A stretch of 63,984 bases of DNA, filler included, from Guillardia theta CCMP2712 (taxonomy: Eukaryota; Protista; Cryptophyta), in assembly GCF_000315625.1 (NCBI RefSeq). It is 3 parts of 3 records of this genome, joined end to end, with 100 filler letters (N's around TTAATTAATTAA, not from the genome) between each part and the next. Parts side by side here need not be neighbours in the genome. Positions count along the whole stretch, not along the records: positions 1 to 31,582 come from NW_005434572.1; 2 more parts are not named here. One strand, 5' to 3'. The translations under genes and the position numbers were made by a program. A model generated the notes under the pieces. The model made no database searches and was not told the origin of the DNA. It saw only the letters and a program-made list of their open reading frames with translations. This document shows, piece after piece, positions 1-14,572 of this stretch; within the stretch, counting starts at the first letter, position 1; each line of letters begins with the position of its first letter.

Positions 1-947
1 CCCTCCCTCCCTCTCCTTCAAAAGTCTCTCACCTGCTCAGGATCAGCATCATGCTGCGCTTCTCCTCCTCTTTCTGCTGCCTTCCTCTCGTTCCACAGGT
101 CGTGCGGGTCTGCTGCCATGTCGGTCTCCGGGGGATGGATCGCCGCGTTCCTGGCGAGTATGGGAGGTGAGGGAGCAACGAGGAGGAAGGAGCTTGAGGA
201 AGGCAAGAAGACCAAGGGAGGACGGAAAATCTAGGGGCTGAAGGAGGACGGAGCAGCGAGCAGCGAGCAGCGAGCAGCGAGCAGCGAGCAGCGAGCAGCG
301 AGCAGCGAGCAGGAAGGGAGAGGAGAGAGAGGAGGGAGGACCTGAGGACGCCTGACTCTATGACATGATATCCCTCCACCGCCCTCATGCTCCTCCTCAC
401 ACTGCTGCCCTTCAGCCCCTCCAGCTCGGCTGCCAGCTGAACGGACTCGCGCGTGGAGGAAGTCATACCGCGGAGGATGGTGCTGTAGCTCCTGCACGTC
501 CTGCTCAGGCTCCTCCTCCTTCTCTTGCTTCCCTACCTGATGCTCTCCAGAGACAAGCTCTGCAGGGCAAGGAAGACGTCCAGGTATCTCCTGTTGAGGA
601 ACGAGGACGTCAACTCTCCGCCCTTGGCGATCGCGATCATGACGAGCTCGAGGCGCCGCAGACTCTCCCTGCCATGGAACGGATTCTCCTCCCTGCCGCA
701 CACAACCACCGCCATCACCACCTCTCCCGCTAGCATCTTGTAGTGTACGACATGGCCCGAGGGAAGCAAGAGCTCGTCCGCTCCCCTCGAGCTCTGCGCT
801 TGCCCGACCCTCATCATCCGCAGCACAGCCTGCACTAGAGGTGAGGAGCAAGGAGAGAGTATAGTGGGCTTGTCGAAGAGGGGAAAGAGCGCTGGAAAGG
901 AGGAGGAGGAGGAGGAGGACGAGATGGAGGACGAGGAGGACGAGGAA

Positions 948-979
<32 letters not shown>

Positions 980-1156
980 TGAGGACGAGGACGAGGAACA
1001 TGAGGAACAAGAGACCTGAGCTTCCATGGCGGCTCCTCTCCCCTCCCCTCTCCCTGCAGTGACTCCTCCTCCCTCCTCCTCCACGCTCCATACGCTCCAA
1101 CCCACAGGCATTGTCGCCCTATCCAACTCAACCACCACTACCCCCTCCATCGTCAT
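1..1156 (-). CDS. TSET/TPLATE complex medium subunit-like protein (TCUP/TML-like longin N-terminus); spliced, 3' end runs off the window
   Basis: Exons ~1156-1016, 829-~537, ~491-342 and further left, with GT..AG boundaries. The peptide HVVHYKMLAGEVVMAVVVCGREENPFHGRESLRRLELVMIAIAKGGELTSSFLNRRYLDVFLAL..IRSYSTILRGM matches my recollection of the plant TML N-terminus (RVVYRLV..INVFE..VIVTACRGVEVTPEKLGRKYAEVYMAL..IRLAAML). Confidence 0.5.
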
Positions 1157-1340
1157 TTGAATACAACTACTACCCCTTTTAATCGAGTAAATTTTGTAGG
1201 TATAATCAACTGGGGGTGATCACCCCACCCCGACTTTTGATTTTGTCGGAGACTGCAAAGGAAATCCAGATCCCGCGAAATAGGGAAGAGCGAGGAGGAG
1301 GAAGAGGAGGAAGAGGAGGAAGAGAAGGAAGAGGAGGAAG

Positions 1341-1393
<53 letters not shown>

Positions 1394-1659
1394 GGGAAGG
1401 ACAAGCGCAAAGATGAGGACGAGGATGCGAGCGAGAACGAAGACGAGGATGGTGACCAGGTGTTGTGAGGTATCGTCTTTCCTGGGAGGGAGGATGGAGA
1501 AAAGACGGCACGACAGCACTTTGCAACGCTGAGATGCTGAATGAAAACACAGCAAGTCCGAACATGTGTTGATTTTCATGAGCTGAGAGTTCGAACTCCA
1601 GTCTACAAGCAAACACACCCGCAAGTTTTACCCCTTTCAATGCAACACCAACACCCTCG

Positions 1660-4323
1660 TTATCTTTTGTGCTTCTTGGCCTTCTTGGAAGAAAACAGAT
1701 CGTCTATCTCATCTGCAGCACCGCCGTCTCTCTTCAAACGCTCGTTGAACTCTGCCAACTCGTCCTTCTTGCCCTTCTTCTTCGACTTGTCTTTCTTTCC
1801 CTCCGCCTTGGGCTCGTCCTTCACCCCCAGCTTTTGGACTAGTTTGTTGAGCTTCCCGCCTGAGCAAAGATAAACATGTCACATCAAGACGATCTCAGGG
1901 CAGGGGAGAGAAAGGGAGGGAGGGAGGGAGGGAGGGAGGGAGGGAGGGAGGGAGAGAAGCGGGGGAACTGAAACTAAAGGAGAGGAGAAGGAAGGAGGAC
2001 GTGAAGGGAACGGAGGGGAAAGGAAAGAAGAGGAGGGGATTGTGTAAGGGAGGGAGGGAGGGGGGAAGGAGCTCAAGGAAGAAGAGAGGATCGAGGTACG
2101 CACCTGCAAAGTTCTTGGCTTTCTCTAGATTCTCAGCAGCAATCCTCGCATCCCTTGCCGCCTCGTCCTCAACGTCCTCCTCCTCCTTGTCAGCCTTGTT
2201 GTCGTTCTTGTGCTTCTTGTGCTTCTTGGACGAAGCCTCTGCGTGCTTCCCTCCTTTCTTCCCCTCCCCTTCATCTTCTAGGATCTCTTCAAACATCTTC
2301 CTCTTCCGCACGCTCCTCTCCTCCGCCTCCATCCACTCCTTCTCCTGCTTCTCGAACTGCTCCACCCGACATTTCTTGCACACGATGGCCCCGAAGTAGT
2401 TCTTCATGAGCTGCTTGGAGCAGGACGAGAGCGCTGCCACCAGGCTTTTCCTCCTCTCGATGTTCGCGTGCTTGTAACAAGCCTCCACGATGTGGCTGCC
2501 GAACTTGTCGACAGCAAGGCTCGAGCTGAGGGAGGTGACGACGTCGACAAATTTCATCTTGGTCTTGATAGGTATCGTGCTCGAGCTCACAAAGCCCTCA
2601 ACCGCCCGACTGCCCGTCGGGTCCTTGCAGATCCTGAGGAGGTAGGAGGGAGAGAGAGAGGTGAAGCTCGCTATGATCGGGCTGATGCTCTCCTCCTCGA
2701 ACCGGACCATGGACTGCAGGAGTAGAGATCCCATCAGGCACGAGACCTGGCTCCATCCTCCCTGGGCAGAGTTCCCTCGCCTGCCATCGCTCGCCTCCTC
2801 CTCCTGCGCCTCCTCAAAGGACTCTGGGAGCGTTTTCAGCACGAGGATGGAAGGGACGAGGCGGGGGAAGTGCTTGGGATGGGAGAGCTCGAAGGATGCA
2901 GTGATCCACTTGACAAAGTCGCTCTGCGCCTCCTGGTTGCGGATACAGGCGTCAGCAAGGCACTTGATCACCCCAGCTCGGTTCCACTGCAGCAGGTCCT
3001 TAAGGTTCTTTCCCAGCTCCTTGAAGACCGTCTGGAGCTGGGGGGGGTCCGTCAGCCTCTCGATGAGCCGCTGCAGCACGTGGTTGGCAGTGCGCTGGCG
3101 GCAGTGCTGGAGCATGTTCCCCCTGAAGCTCTCGAAGACATGGTAGACGAACCGGTCCGGCATGCACTCGATCACTGCCTCCAGCATGTGACTGCCGCAG
3201 TCGTCCGCCGCAAGCTTCACCACCCACTCCTTGTTCACCGACGACTCTCCCTCGTCCCACTTGAGCAGCGTCTTGGTGACCCTCTCCACGATGTCGGGCA
3301 GGGTGCGCACAGAGAGGAGCAGCATCTGGAGCACAGGAGCAGCAGCAGAGTTCTTGGCCATCTGGCCCAGCTCCTCCGCCGTCTCCTCACTCGACAGCTC
3401 CTCCCCTATGCTCCTCAGTCTCTCCTTGAACGACTTGGGAACCGGCCGTCGCTTCCAGTCGCTCTCACGGAAGGCCCCGTGCGTCTGCCTCGCTCCCTGT
3501 CTCCCTCCTCCTCCCTCCGGCTTCCTGTTCGATGCAGGGCTCTCTCCAGTCTGCGCCTTGACCCTGGGCTGCAGCCCCGACAGGGCCCTCAAGATGGCCC
3601 TCAGCACGTGGGTCCCCCTTGCGTCCATCATGATTTCCATCCACCCTCCTGAAAGCTCGTCGCAGATCTCCTGGAACAGCTCCTCTAGAGGCTTCACCTC
3701 CTCAGAAAATGCTTCTGTCCCCTCCTCCTCCTCCTCCTCCTCATCCTCATCCTCCTCCTCGTTTTTATGGAAGATCTCCTCCAAGGAAGCGTTCACCAGA
3801 CTGGGGATGAAGTCGAAGATAGTCTCAAGAACGTGCGAACCGTACGGGTTGAAGATGATCCTTGCCATGGCTCCTTTGAGCCCCTGGCAGACTTTGTAGA
3901 GCTGCTTTGAGGAGCACAAGAGCAAGATGCTCTGGACAGCTACACTCCCCTCCTTGTGGGTGATAAGCCGGATCATTTGGTCGGATTTTCCCATCTTCAA
4001 CTCCCTCCACACGTTGTCAACGAACAAGGACCTGTCCTCATCAGTTTCAAACTCGTTCTCTTTGGCGAGTTTGGTCACTTCCTTAACGTATGGCAGAAGC
4101 GTCTCGTCCAGCCTTCCCGCTTCAGTCCCTCTCTTCAGACCCCTCTTCCCTTCCTCTTCCTCTTTCGCTGCTCCGTCGCCTCCAGGGCTCTTCTTCTTCT
4201 TCTTCTTCTTCTTGTCTGATTCCTGTCGATCGCTTTTGTCCAACTCCTCCTCGTTGTCGTCGTTCTCCTCCTTTGGTCGATCTTTCTGCTTCTTGTGCTT
4301 GGTCGTCTCCACCTTCGATTTCA

Positions 4324-4362
<39 letters not shown>

Positions 4363-4477
4363 CCTGCTCCTCCTCCTGCTCATGTTCTTCCTCTTTCTTC
4401 TTCTCCTTCTTCTCCTTCTTCTCCTTCTTCTCCTTCTTCTCCTTCTCCTGCCTCTCCCTCGAACTTTTCGCCGCCAT
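1660..4477 (-). CDS. NOP9: Nucleolar protein 9 (Pumilio/PUF-repeat 18S rRNA processing factor)
   Basis: 860-aa ORF with PUF repeats (PYGSHVLETI, RGTHVLRAIL, CGSHMLEAVI, TANHVLQRLI, TGSRAVE, FGSHIVEACY) and a K/E-rich N-terminus. One intron (~2103-1860) joins a last exon ending ..EIDDLFSSKKAKKHKR* at 1660. Confidence 0.9.
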
Positions 4478-5603
4478 TGCACGTGAAGTCGGCTATTATG
4501 ACGAAAGCCTCATCCCCGCTCATACTACGGGCCGGGCAGGGCCCGCTCAGGCTGCGGGCGCCGGGCAGGGCCCGCTCGGAGTGACTGGCCCGGGCCATGC
4601 CGGGCGGCCGGGTCACGAGTCACCAGATCGGACCGTCCGGTGTGACTTCGAGGCTCTGAGTGAGTGCAGAGAGCAGAGTGCTGACTAGAAGTCGTCAGGA
4701 CAAATAGATAGCCGGGAAAAAAACTTTTCACTGAGTCAAACAATTCCGAAGTTCAAACAATTAAAAAAAATCCTTGAAAGTTATCGGACTGCCAGTGACT
4801 CACCGTCCGGACCTGGGGTTTTACTCAAAGTTAAGTTAAAAATCAGTACGAGGAAAACTGGCAGGAGAGTCGAGGACCGTCCGATCAGGCTCGAGGCTGG
4901 CCGCGCCGGGGCGCGGCCCGGGGTGGGCCGGACTCCGGGAGCTGCTACGGGTAGTACCGTACGCCGGCCGTAGTATCATGATCATATCGGAGTCGGGCCC
5001 GGCGGGCCGGGCGGCCCGGGGGCCGCGCGCCGATTCCGCAACGTCAAGTTCAGCCTGTGAGACAGTCCGGCGGCTACGGGGCCGTAGGCCGCGGCCCGGC
5101 CACCATGCTTCTTTACTTGACTCAGTGAAGTTCAAGGCCCCCTAAGCCTGTTACAAATCAGTACTACCGTACGCGGAGCCTGTCAGTACGGTATGCCACG
5201 GTTCGTGTGACTACCGTAGTAGTGAATATGACATCAACGTACACGGTTCACTCTCAAGAGGCTAGTCAGCCCCTCGGCGCCCCTCCTCTCTCCCTCTTCC
5301 TTCCATCCGTCAGGGCTGATCAGGGCCTATCCGAGGCTCCGAGCCTACCCACCTGCCGAGTCCTCTCTCCACTCAGGCCGCCAAAGTTCCAGCGCCCGGG
5401 ACTGCTGTGCGACGCCAAACCTCCATGTCTCCTCCTGCTCTTCCTGCTGGTCCGCGACTCAGTGACCTCAAGGCTGAGCGCCGCCCACTAGTCCTTCCTA
5501 CCATGCCCCACATTCATCATCAGCTTCCCATCCAGCCCCTCCCTTTCTTCTTCGCCCTTGAGCAGTCTGTTTCCCAGCCACGCTCTGCTCACCCTCTCGA
5601 GCT

Positions 5604-6460
5604 CTAACCTCGACAGCCACGTGTCTTCAGCCCTGCAGTGACTGCCTTGGTCCAAGACCTCAGGCAGCACCCGCCGACATCCCATACATGTTGTTCTTCC
5701 ATGCTCTCGGTTTCACTCTCCCCCGACAGCGACGACGAAAATAACAGAGAGTCTGCTGACCCGTCCGCGATCTCTCTCCTGCTCCTGCGCTTCTTGCGGT
5801 ACACCCGACGCGCCGCCTTGCTCCAGTTGGTCGTCATCTCCACCCACGTCCCGTACCTCTCCCGGCAGCACTGCTCCAACGCCTCCAGGCTCACGTCCGC
5901 CCCGAGCCTCCACGCGAGCTGGCGGAGCTTGAGCCAGGCCTGCCGGAGCTCCTGGAGCTCGCGGGGGTCGTCGGGGTTCCTCCAGCGGCGGTTGGAGAAG
6001 AAGTAGCGCGCGCTGCTGCTCCTCGAGAAGTCCGTCGCCTCCACGTCGTCGGGAAGGATGCAGCGGTCGCGGATCTTGGGGAAGACGTTGTGCTCGAGGA
6101 TCTTGTTGAACTCCACCTCCCTCACCCCGTACCCTCCCACGACTTGGCTGTGCGAGCGGACGGCAGCAGGGATCAAGTCGCTCAGGGTGTCGTACATTGA
6201 GAGGCGGCCCTGGCGGGGGATGAAGAGGTGGTTGAGGGAAGGAACGGCTCGGGAGACCTGTGGGGAGCGGAGCGGTCAGGGAGGGGAAGCAGGAGACAAG
6301 AGGTACCGTACCGCTTCAGCGAAGGCGAGGGCAACTTGACAGCCTTGGAGGCGGGAGAGGCAGAGGGCCTGACTATGAGGCGAGCGATGAGGGTTGGGGA
6401 CGCAGAGATGGGCGAGCGTGAGAGGATACTTGCGACAGCAGATGCCGCTGATAACCATCA
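5604..6460 (-). CDS. Hypothetical protein (spliced; both ends uncertain)
   Basis: 197-aa GC3-rich ORF of normal complexity, with an upstream intron gtacgg..ccacag (~6311-6258). No family recognised. Confidence 0.5.
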
Positions 6461-7715
6461 ACTTCGCTTGGCAAGTTCCACAAGTTGACGGTAGTAATCA
6501 GAGGGTTACCAGCCTGCCATAGTACTAGGCTAGCGGCAGTCACTTCAGTACTATGATGGTCAGTACTACTACCGGTAGGACCGGACCGGGGGGGCACGGG
6601 GCCCTGTGCACCTTCCAACGCTGCGCAGCTCGAACTTGCTAAGAATCCTCCGACAAGATTTCAATTCTCCCTTCAAGGCTTGAGCGCCTGTAATTTGATG
6701 CTGAATTCCATCCCAGATTTGGAGTTACATCATATCGTGATCATTGAAGCTCCTCCTCTTCCATCGGGAGCATCCGAAGGGATGGAGACCTGGCGCGGCT
6801 GCTGCAACGACGACCGTTGCACGCACGCACGCGATAAGCAAATTGGCGTCACGAGCTCAGTGATCGACGATGCTGGAGGAGGAGCCACGCGACTCAGGCG
6901 ATCGGACTGACGTCAGCAGCAGTGCTGTTCATCACTTAGACTAGGCTCTTTCTATCATAAATCATGCAACTTCTCAACGGAGCTCTTTTTCAAGATTGCT
7001 TCTTCCAAGGTTGAGCTTCCGAAGCGTCTCACCAAACGGTCGAATGACCCTCAGCCTCGCGACCTTGATCGGAGCCTCGGCGGAGCGAGACGGGCCTTCC
7101 GTCACGGTGGGGACCAGTTGTGTCAATCGGGTACTATGATCAAAGAACTTAGCCTGCTGGACCCAACAGCTGCAGTGCCGCAGCCTGTACCAACTTGAAC
7201 TTCGGAAGGTACCATCGGACCCACTAAGTTAGTTTCCCTGGCATCGCTGACTCCGAGCGTGGCCCGGGCAACACTGCCGCCCCGGGCCGCTCAGACCGTC
7301 TCCGAGTGAGCGACTGCCAGGCCACTGAAGACCGAGTCGCGCGCCACCTGCCGGCACGGTCACGCACTCGGACCGACCGTGACTCGTGACGCGGGTCAGC
7401 CGGCCGCCCGGCGTCACCTGCGCAGTGCCGCGTGCCGCGGCCCCGGCCCCGGCGCCCGGCGGCGGCGAACTGTTGAACGGCCGCGCACGCGGCAACGGTC
7501 CGAGCACCGGCCAGTGTCACCTGGCGGCGCCGAGTCACGCGCGGCGGCAGTGGCCGTGATCGGACGGGGCCGGGCCCCGGGGCCGCAGCGCCCTCAGCCC
7601 GGCCGCTGGCCGCACTGAGTTCCGATCACCGAGTGACTCAGTGAGTCGTACGGTAAGTTTACTCAACAGGGAGTTCGGAACTTGAAGACTGAGGCAGACT
7701 CGCGCGGTGGAGGCC

Positions 7716-8494
7716 ATGGCTGATCGGGTAAGGCAGACGAGCAGGGAGGGGAGAGGAAGGGGAGGAGGGGAAGGGTGCAGATGGTGAGGGAAGGATTGGC
7801 AGCTGTAGACCGAGAGAAAAGGAGTGCATGGGAGTACCGATGTGTGTAGAGAGATTCCATGTCACTGTACACGTCAAGGGGTTGATATAGGATGCCTCGA
7901 TGGAGAGGGGATGGGATGAAGTTTCTAGTTCAACTCCTGATCTCAAATGCAACACGTGCTTCAGATGCAGCATGTGACTGGACGTGACGACTGTGAGACA
8001 GGACTGGAAGGATCTCAGTGGATCCGGGTTCTCTAGTCTCTTCCTAGTGTTCTGCTTGCTGGTGTCAGGAACCGTGTACGACATCAAGCTGAATGCTCCT
8101 ACCATGGGATCGATTCCTGATCCGAAAGCAGGTCCTCTCTCCTTGGCTCGCTCTTTGCTGATGCTCACAGATTGTAGGCATCATCAAGCCCCAGGCTTTC
8201 ATGGTCGGGAGGATAAACGGACAGTATGTAGCAGAAGGGATATCGGCAGGCTTCCTTGTGTTTGTTGGAGGCCTGGGATTGGTCCTGCTGCACAGGGCTG
8301 ACGAAGGCTCTGCAAGTAACAGAAACAACCGATTCTTGCTCATCTTCGCTGGCTTCTTAAGCATCATCATCGGTTTCAATCTTCTAACAGCTTTCGTTCG
8401 GATAAAGGTGAAGTTTTCAAGATCTCCTCATAATATGTGCTAACAACAAGAAATTTACATTCAGATTCCTGGCTACCTTCTTTCATCAGTGTGA
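7716..8494 (+). CDS. OSTC: Oligosaccharyltransferase complex subunit OSTC/DC2
   Basis: Spliced peptide GTVYDIKLNAPTMGS..PQAFMVGRINGQYVAEGISAGFLVFVGGLG..FVRIK|IPGYL carries the DC2 signature. ATG 7716 is followed by a gtaagg donor; the stop ends at 8494. Confidence 0.88.
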
Positions 8495-8526
8495 GAGTGC
8501 CAGCATTTTCAGTCTTCCTGGCAACA

Positions 8527-9883
8527 TCAATTCTTTTCTCCCCCCCAACCGCCTTGCAGAGCGTCTTGCTGTTCAGATCTATACTTGGGGGCTCCTCCTG
8601 TAGATACTTGTCTCGATGGAACTCTCAACTCGTCGACCTTCCTTGGTAGTTTGGTCCTGTCCTGCAGGATTCCATTCTTGGGGACTTCAGTGTTGATGTA
8701 TTCCTCGACTGGGCTCACAGCCACATTGATCACTTTCTCCTCCATGGGCTCGATCCTATCAGATCGTTCCCGTTTTGCAATTCTCTCCTGGGACGCAGAC
8801 ATGCAAGTCAAGTTTCGATGTTGTGGTGGATCCGAGGAAAATGCAGGCAGGGAGCATACCTTGTACGTCTTGACAATGAAGGAGTGCAGCATGAGGAACA
8901 TGTTACAACCGCACATCACAGTGATCTTTGCAAAGGCAAGTCAGGAAAGTCGCCAAGGTCGAGCATGAGGTGAGACAGGTGAAAGAGTAGAGCTACCAGC
9001 GAGATCAACGCGATGATCGTGATGGGCAGTCCAATGGAGAGGGCAAGGTACGCCGTTCGACACCTGTTGTCTATGTAGACTCCAGAGCTCAGATCCCTTG
9101 CACTCGAGGTCAGGAGACCAACGTCACGGAGATGAACATGTCCTGGTCTTACCTCCTGTCGTCTCTCAACGCCTTGAATAAGACACAAGCCAGGATGGAG
9201 CGCCGAACGGCATCATCATCAGTGAAGTACTCGATGTCCCACTTGGCCATGTAGTTGCCGTCTTGGCCGCGCACGCACAGATCTGCCGAGTAGTTGTCTC
9301 TATTGCTGTAGTCTGCAATCTGAGCCTTTGCCACTTTCTGCTCCGAGGGGTTCTTTTCAGATGTGAGGGAGAAATCGATTTGGTAGGAGGTGAGGGGGAC
9401 GGTTGGAGTCGATATGGTCCAGTAGTTCTCCGTAGAGGAGCTCTTGATCTGGTAGTTGACAAGCGGGACTGATGACGTTGAGCTCGCTGGGCTCGCTGAC
9501 CCTGTAGAAGCTTGCACAGTCTCCATGATAGACGTTTCCTCTCCGTTGCAGCCGAATGTCTTGAACATTGTACGTATGCGCCCCGTGCTCTGCGTGCTCT
9601 CTGGTAGGACCTGCCCATCACTGAAGGACATATCACCTCCTCCTCCCTCCTGCTGCATCCTCGTCTTCGCATAATCCCCAGGAATATTGCAGTCTTTCCA
9701 CCACCGTATCAACTTCACGTTCGTTCCCCCCACACTCGACTCCACCGAGCCAGCGTAAGACCAGTAGGAGCAGGTGGAGGGTCGGATCTCAACGGACCCG
9801 GAGGAGACGCGCATGTCTGTGCAAGCCTCTCCTCTCGTCGCCATCGCCCAGCATGCCCCCGCTACCAGCGTCTTCCATCGCAT
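8527..9883 (-). CDS. Signal-peptide, single-pass membrane protein with a LOR/scramblase (tubby C-terminal)-like ectodomain
   Basis: N-terminal signal peptide (MRWKTLVAGACWAMA), a beta-rich domain ending in the helix DDAVRRSILACVLFKAL, a TM segment LALSIGLPITIIALISLVALLF and a spliced cytosolic tail to 8527. The fold call is inference. Confidence 0.5.
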
Positions 9884-10132
9884 GCTGCTGCCGCCCTAGG
9901 TTTGCTAACCTAAACCTGCTCTTACCCCACCCCACAACTATGATTTACCCTACCCTCTATTTTCAACTTCATCGCAGCTGATATGAACCCCTACTGTGTT
10001 GAAAAAGTACCCTACCCCTTGACTAGCCTTTCGTTGTCAAAAACGTCAAAAACGATCGAAGGAAATGTCGAGAGGGGGCGGGGGGGGGATGCGACGGCGG
10101 GCAGGCATGCAGCTGTTGAGATCGCCCTAGCA

Positions 10133-12973
<2,841 letters not shown>

Positions 12974-13510
12974 TGGGGATGCTGAAGAGCAGGAGGGCGA
13001 GAAAAAGGAGCAAGCGGAGGGAGGAGGGAGGAGGCAGGGAGGAAGGGGAGGAGGGGGGGAAAAAGTTTATGTAGTTGATGAGAATGTGAATATACATGTA
13101 GGGGTAGATGTCATCTTGTTGATATTCTGTGAGCGATGCAAACTTAATTGAAATGTAAGGATATTGTTAACGGAGGGTTTGATTCTAATGAAATTGTCGA
13201 TAGATCGCGATGAAATGGTCAAAGATCTCACACCTTGAACTCAATGCTCTCATGTTCTCACCAGGTTATGTGGAGATGATTGAGAAAACATCCGGTTAAG
13301 GAGAAAGGATTCTGTGTTATGCGCAGGGAAGTGAAGAAGGAATCGATATCAGCTCTTGCCGACGATAGAAGTTTGGTAGCAGAAAATCACATTCACACAC
13401 TATTGAGGAAGGAGATTGCCTGAGTTTTCTGTTCCTTTTCAATCCTCTGGCAGCAGTCAAACTACATGAAAGTAGATGCTCATTTGGTTGAAGTCGAGCT
13501 TGTTGATGCT

Positions 13511-13541
<31 letters not shown>

Positions 13542-13714
13542 CAGAGTTTGCTGATACTGAATATGAATCGAATCGACGATAACTTGAACTTCCCTTTCAC
13601 AAGTTTAATAATCGAAGAATGTGAACATTACATAAGAGGTTGCAGAAAGAATGCTAGAAGTATGTACAAGACCTGATAAACATGGGAGATTGCTAGTTTG
13701 AGGTAGAAGTGATA

Positions 13715-14449
13715 TCATCGTTGAGGGAGGTTTCGGACAACAGCCGTGAAAAGATCGTTGAAGCAAGTTTGAACATTCTCTCCACTGCAGTCAAGAAAGA
13801 GGGGAAGGATTAGAAACGAAAAGACGAAAGAAAGGGAGGAGGAGAAAAAGAACAAAACAGTCAGCATTTCCAACATGAATCATCATCATCGTATTAATCA
13901 TCAACACCAACAATAACCTCTCCACTCCTCGTGATCCCTTCACCAGCCTCAATGCAATCATCCCAAGGTTTGTTCGAATTCATCATCGTCATCATCACAT
14001 CTCTCAACCTGTTTGCAGATGTTTCGAAGTACAAGTAACCGTTCTTGTTCGCCCATGCTTGCGCTTCCTTGGGTTTCACTTCTCTGCTCTTGCTGTCGCA
14101 CTGCCCACAAACGTCAGGGAGGAGGAAGACAACGAGTTACCATGACAGGTAAGGAATGGCAGCACAAGAAATGAAACTGAGAATTTGGCAGAGGGGAGAG
14201 GGGTGGAGAGGAGGAGGGAGTGAGAAGGGAAAGAGGAAGGATGAAGGATGAAGGAGGGAGGAAGTAAGAGTGAAGAGGGAGCATGGAGGATTGGACGACA
14301 AGTGTTTCCTCCTACCTTGTTCCCACAGACAGCGACCTGCATGTCCTTCGCCCCATGTTTGTACGCCTCCTGCACCCAACCTTCCAGCGCCTCGAAGCTC
14401 GCGCGATTGCTCACATCGAACACTAGGATCGCCTGCAACACTGCTTCAG

Positions 14450-14536
<87 letters not shown>

Positions 14537-14540
14537 TCAG

Positions 14541-14572
<32 letters not shown>

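Noticed and set aside
2001-4688. Long + strand ORFs antisense to NOP9 (similar shadows over delta-COP, PWP2 and the WD40 gene)
   Set aside because: Shadow ORFs caused by high GC3 codon bias.
6630-7120. Possible small gene or ncRNA
   Set aside because: No convincing ORF, splice model or recognisable RNA motif.
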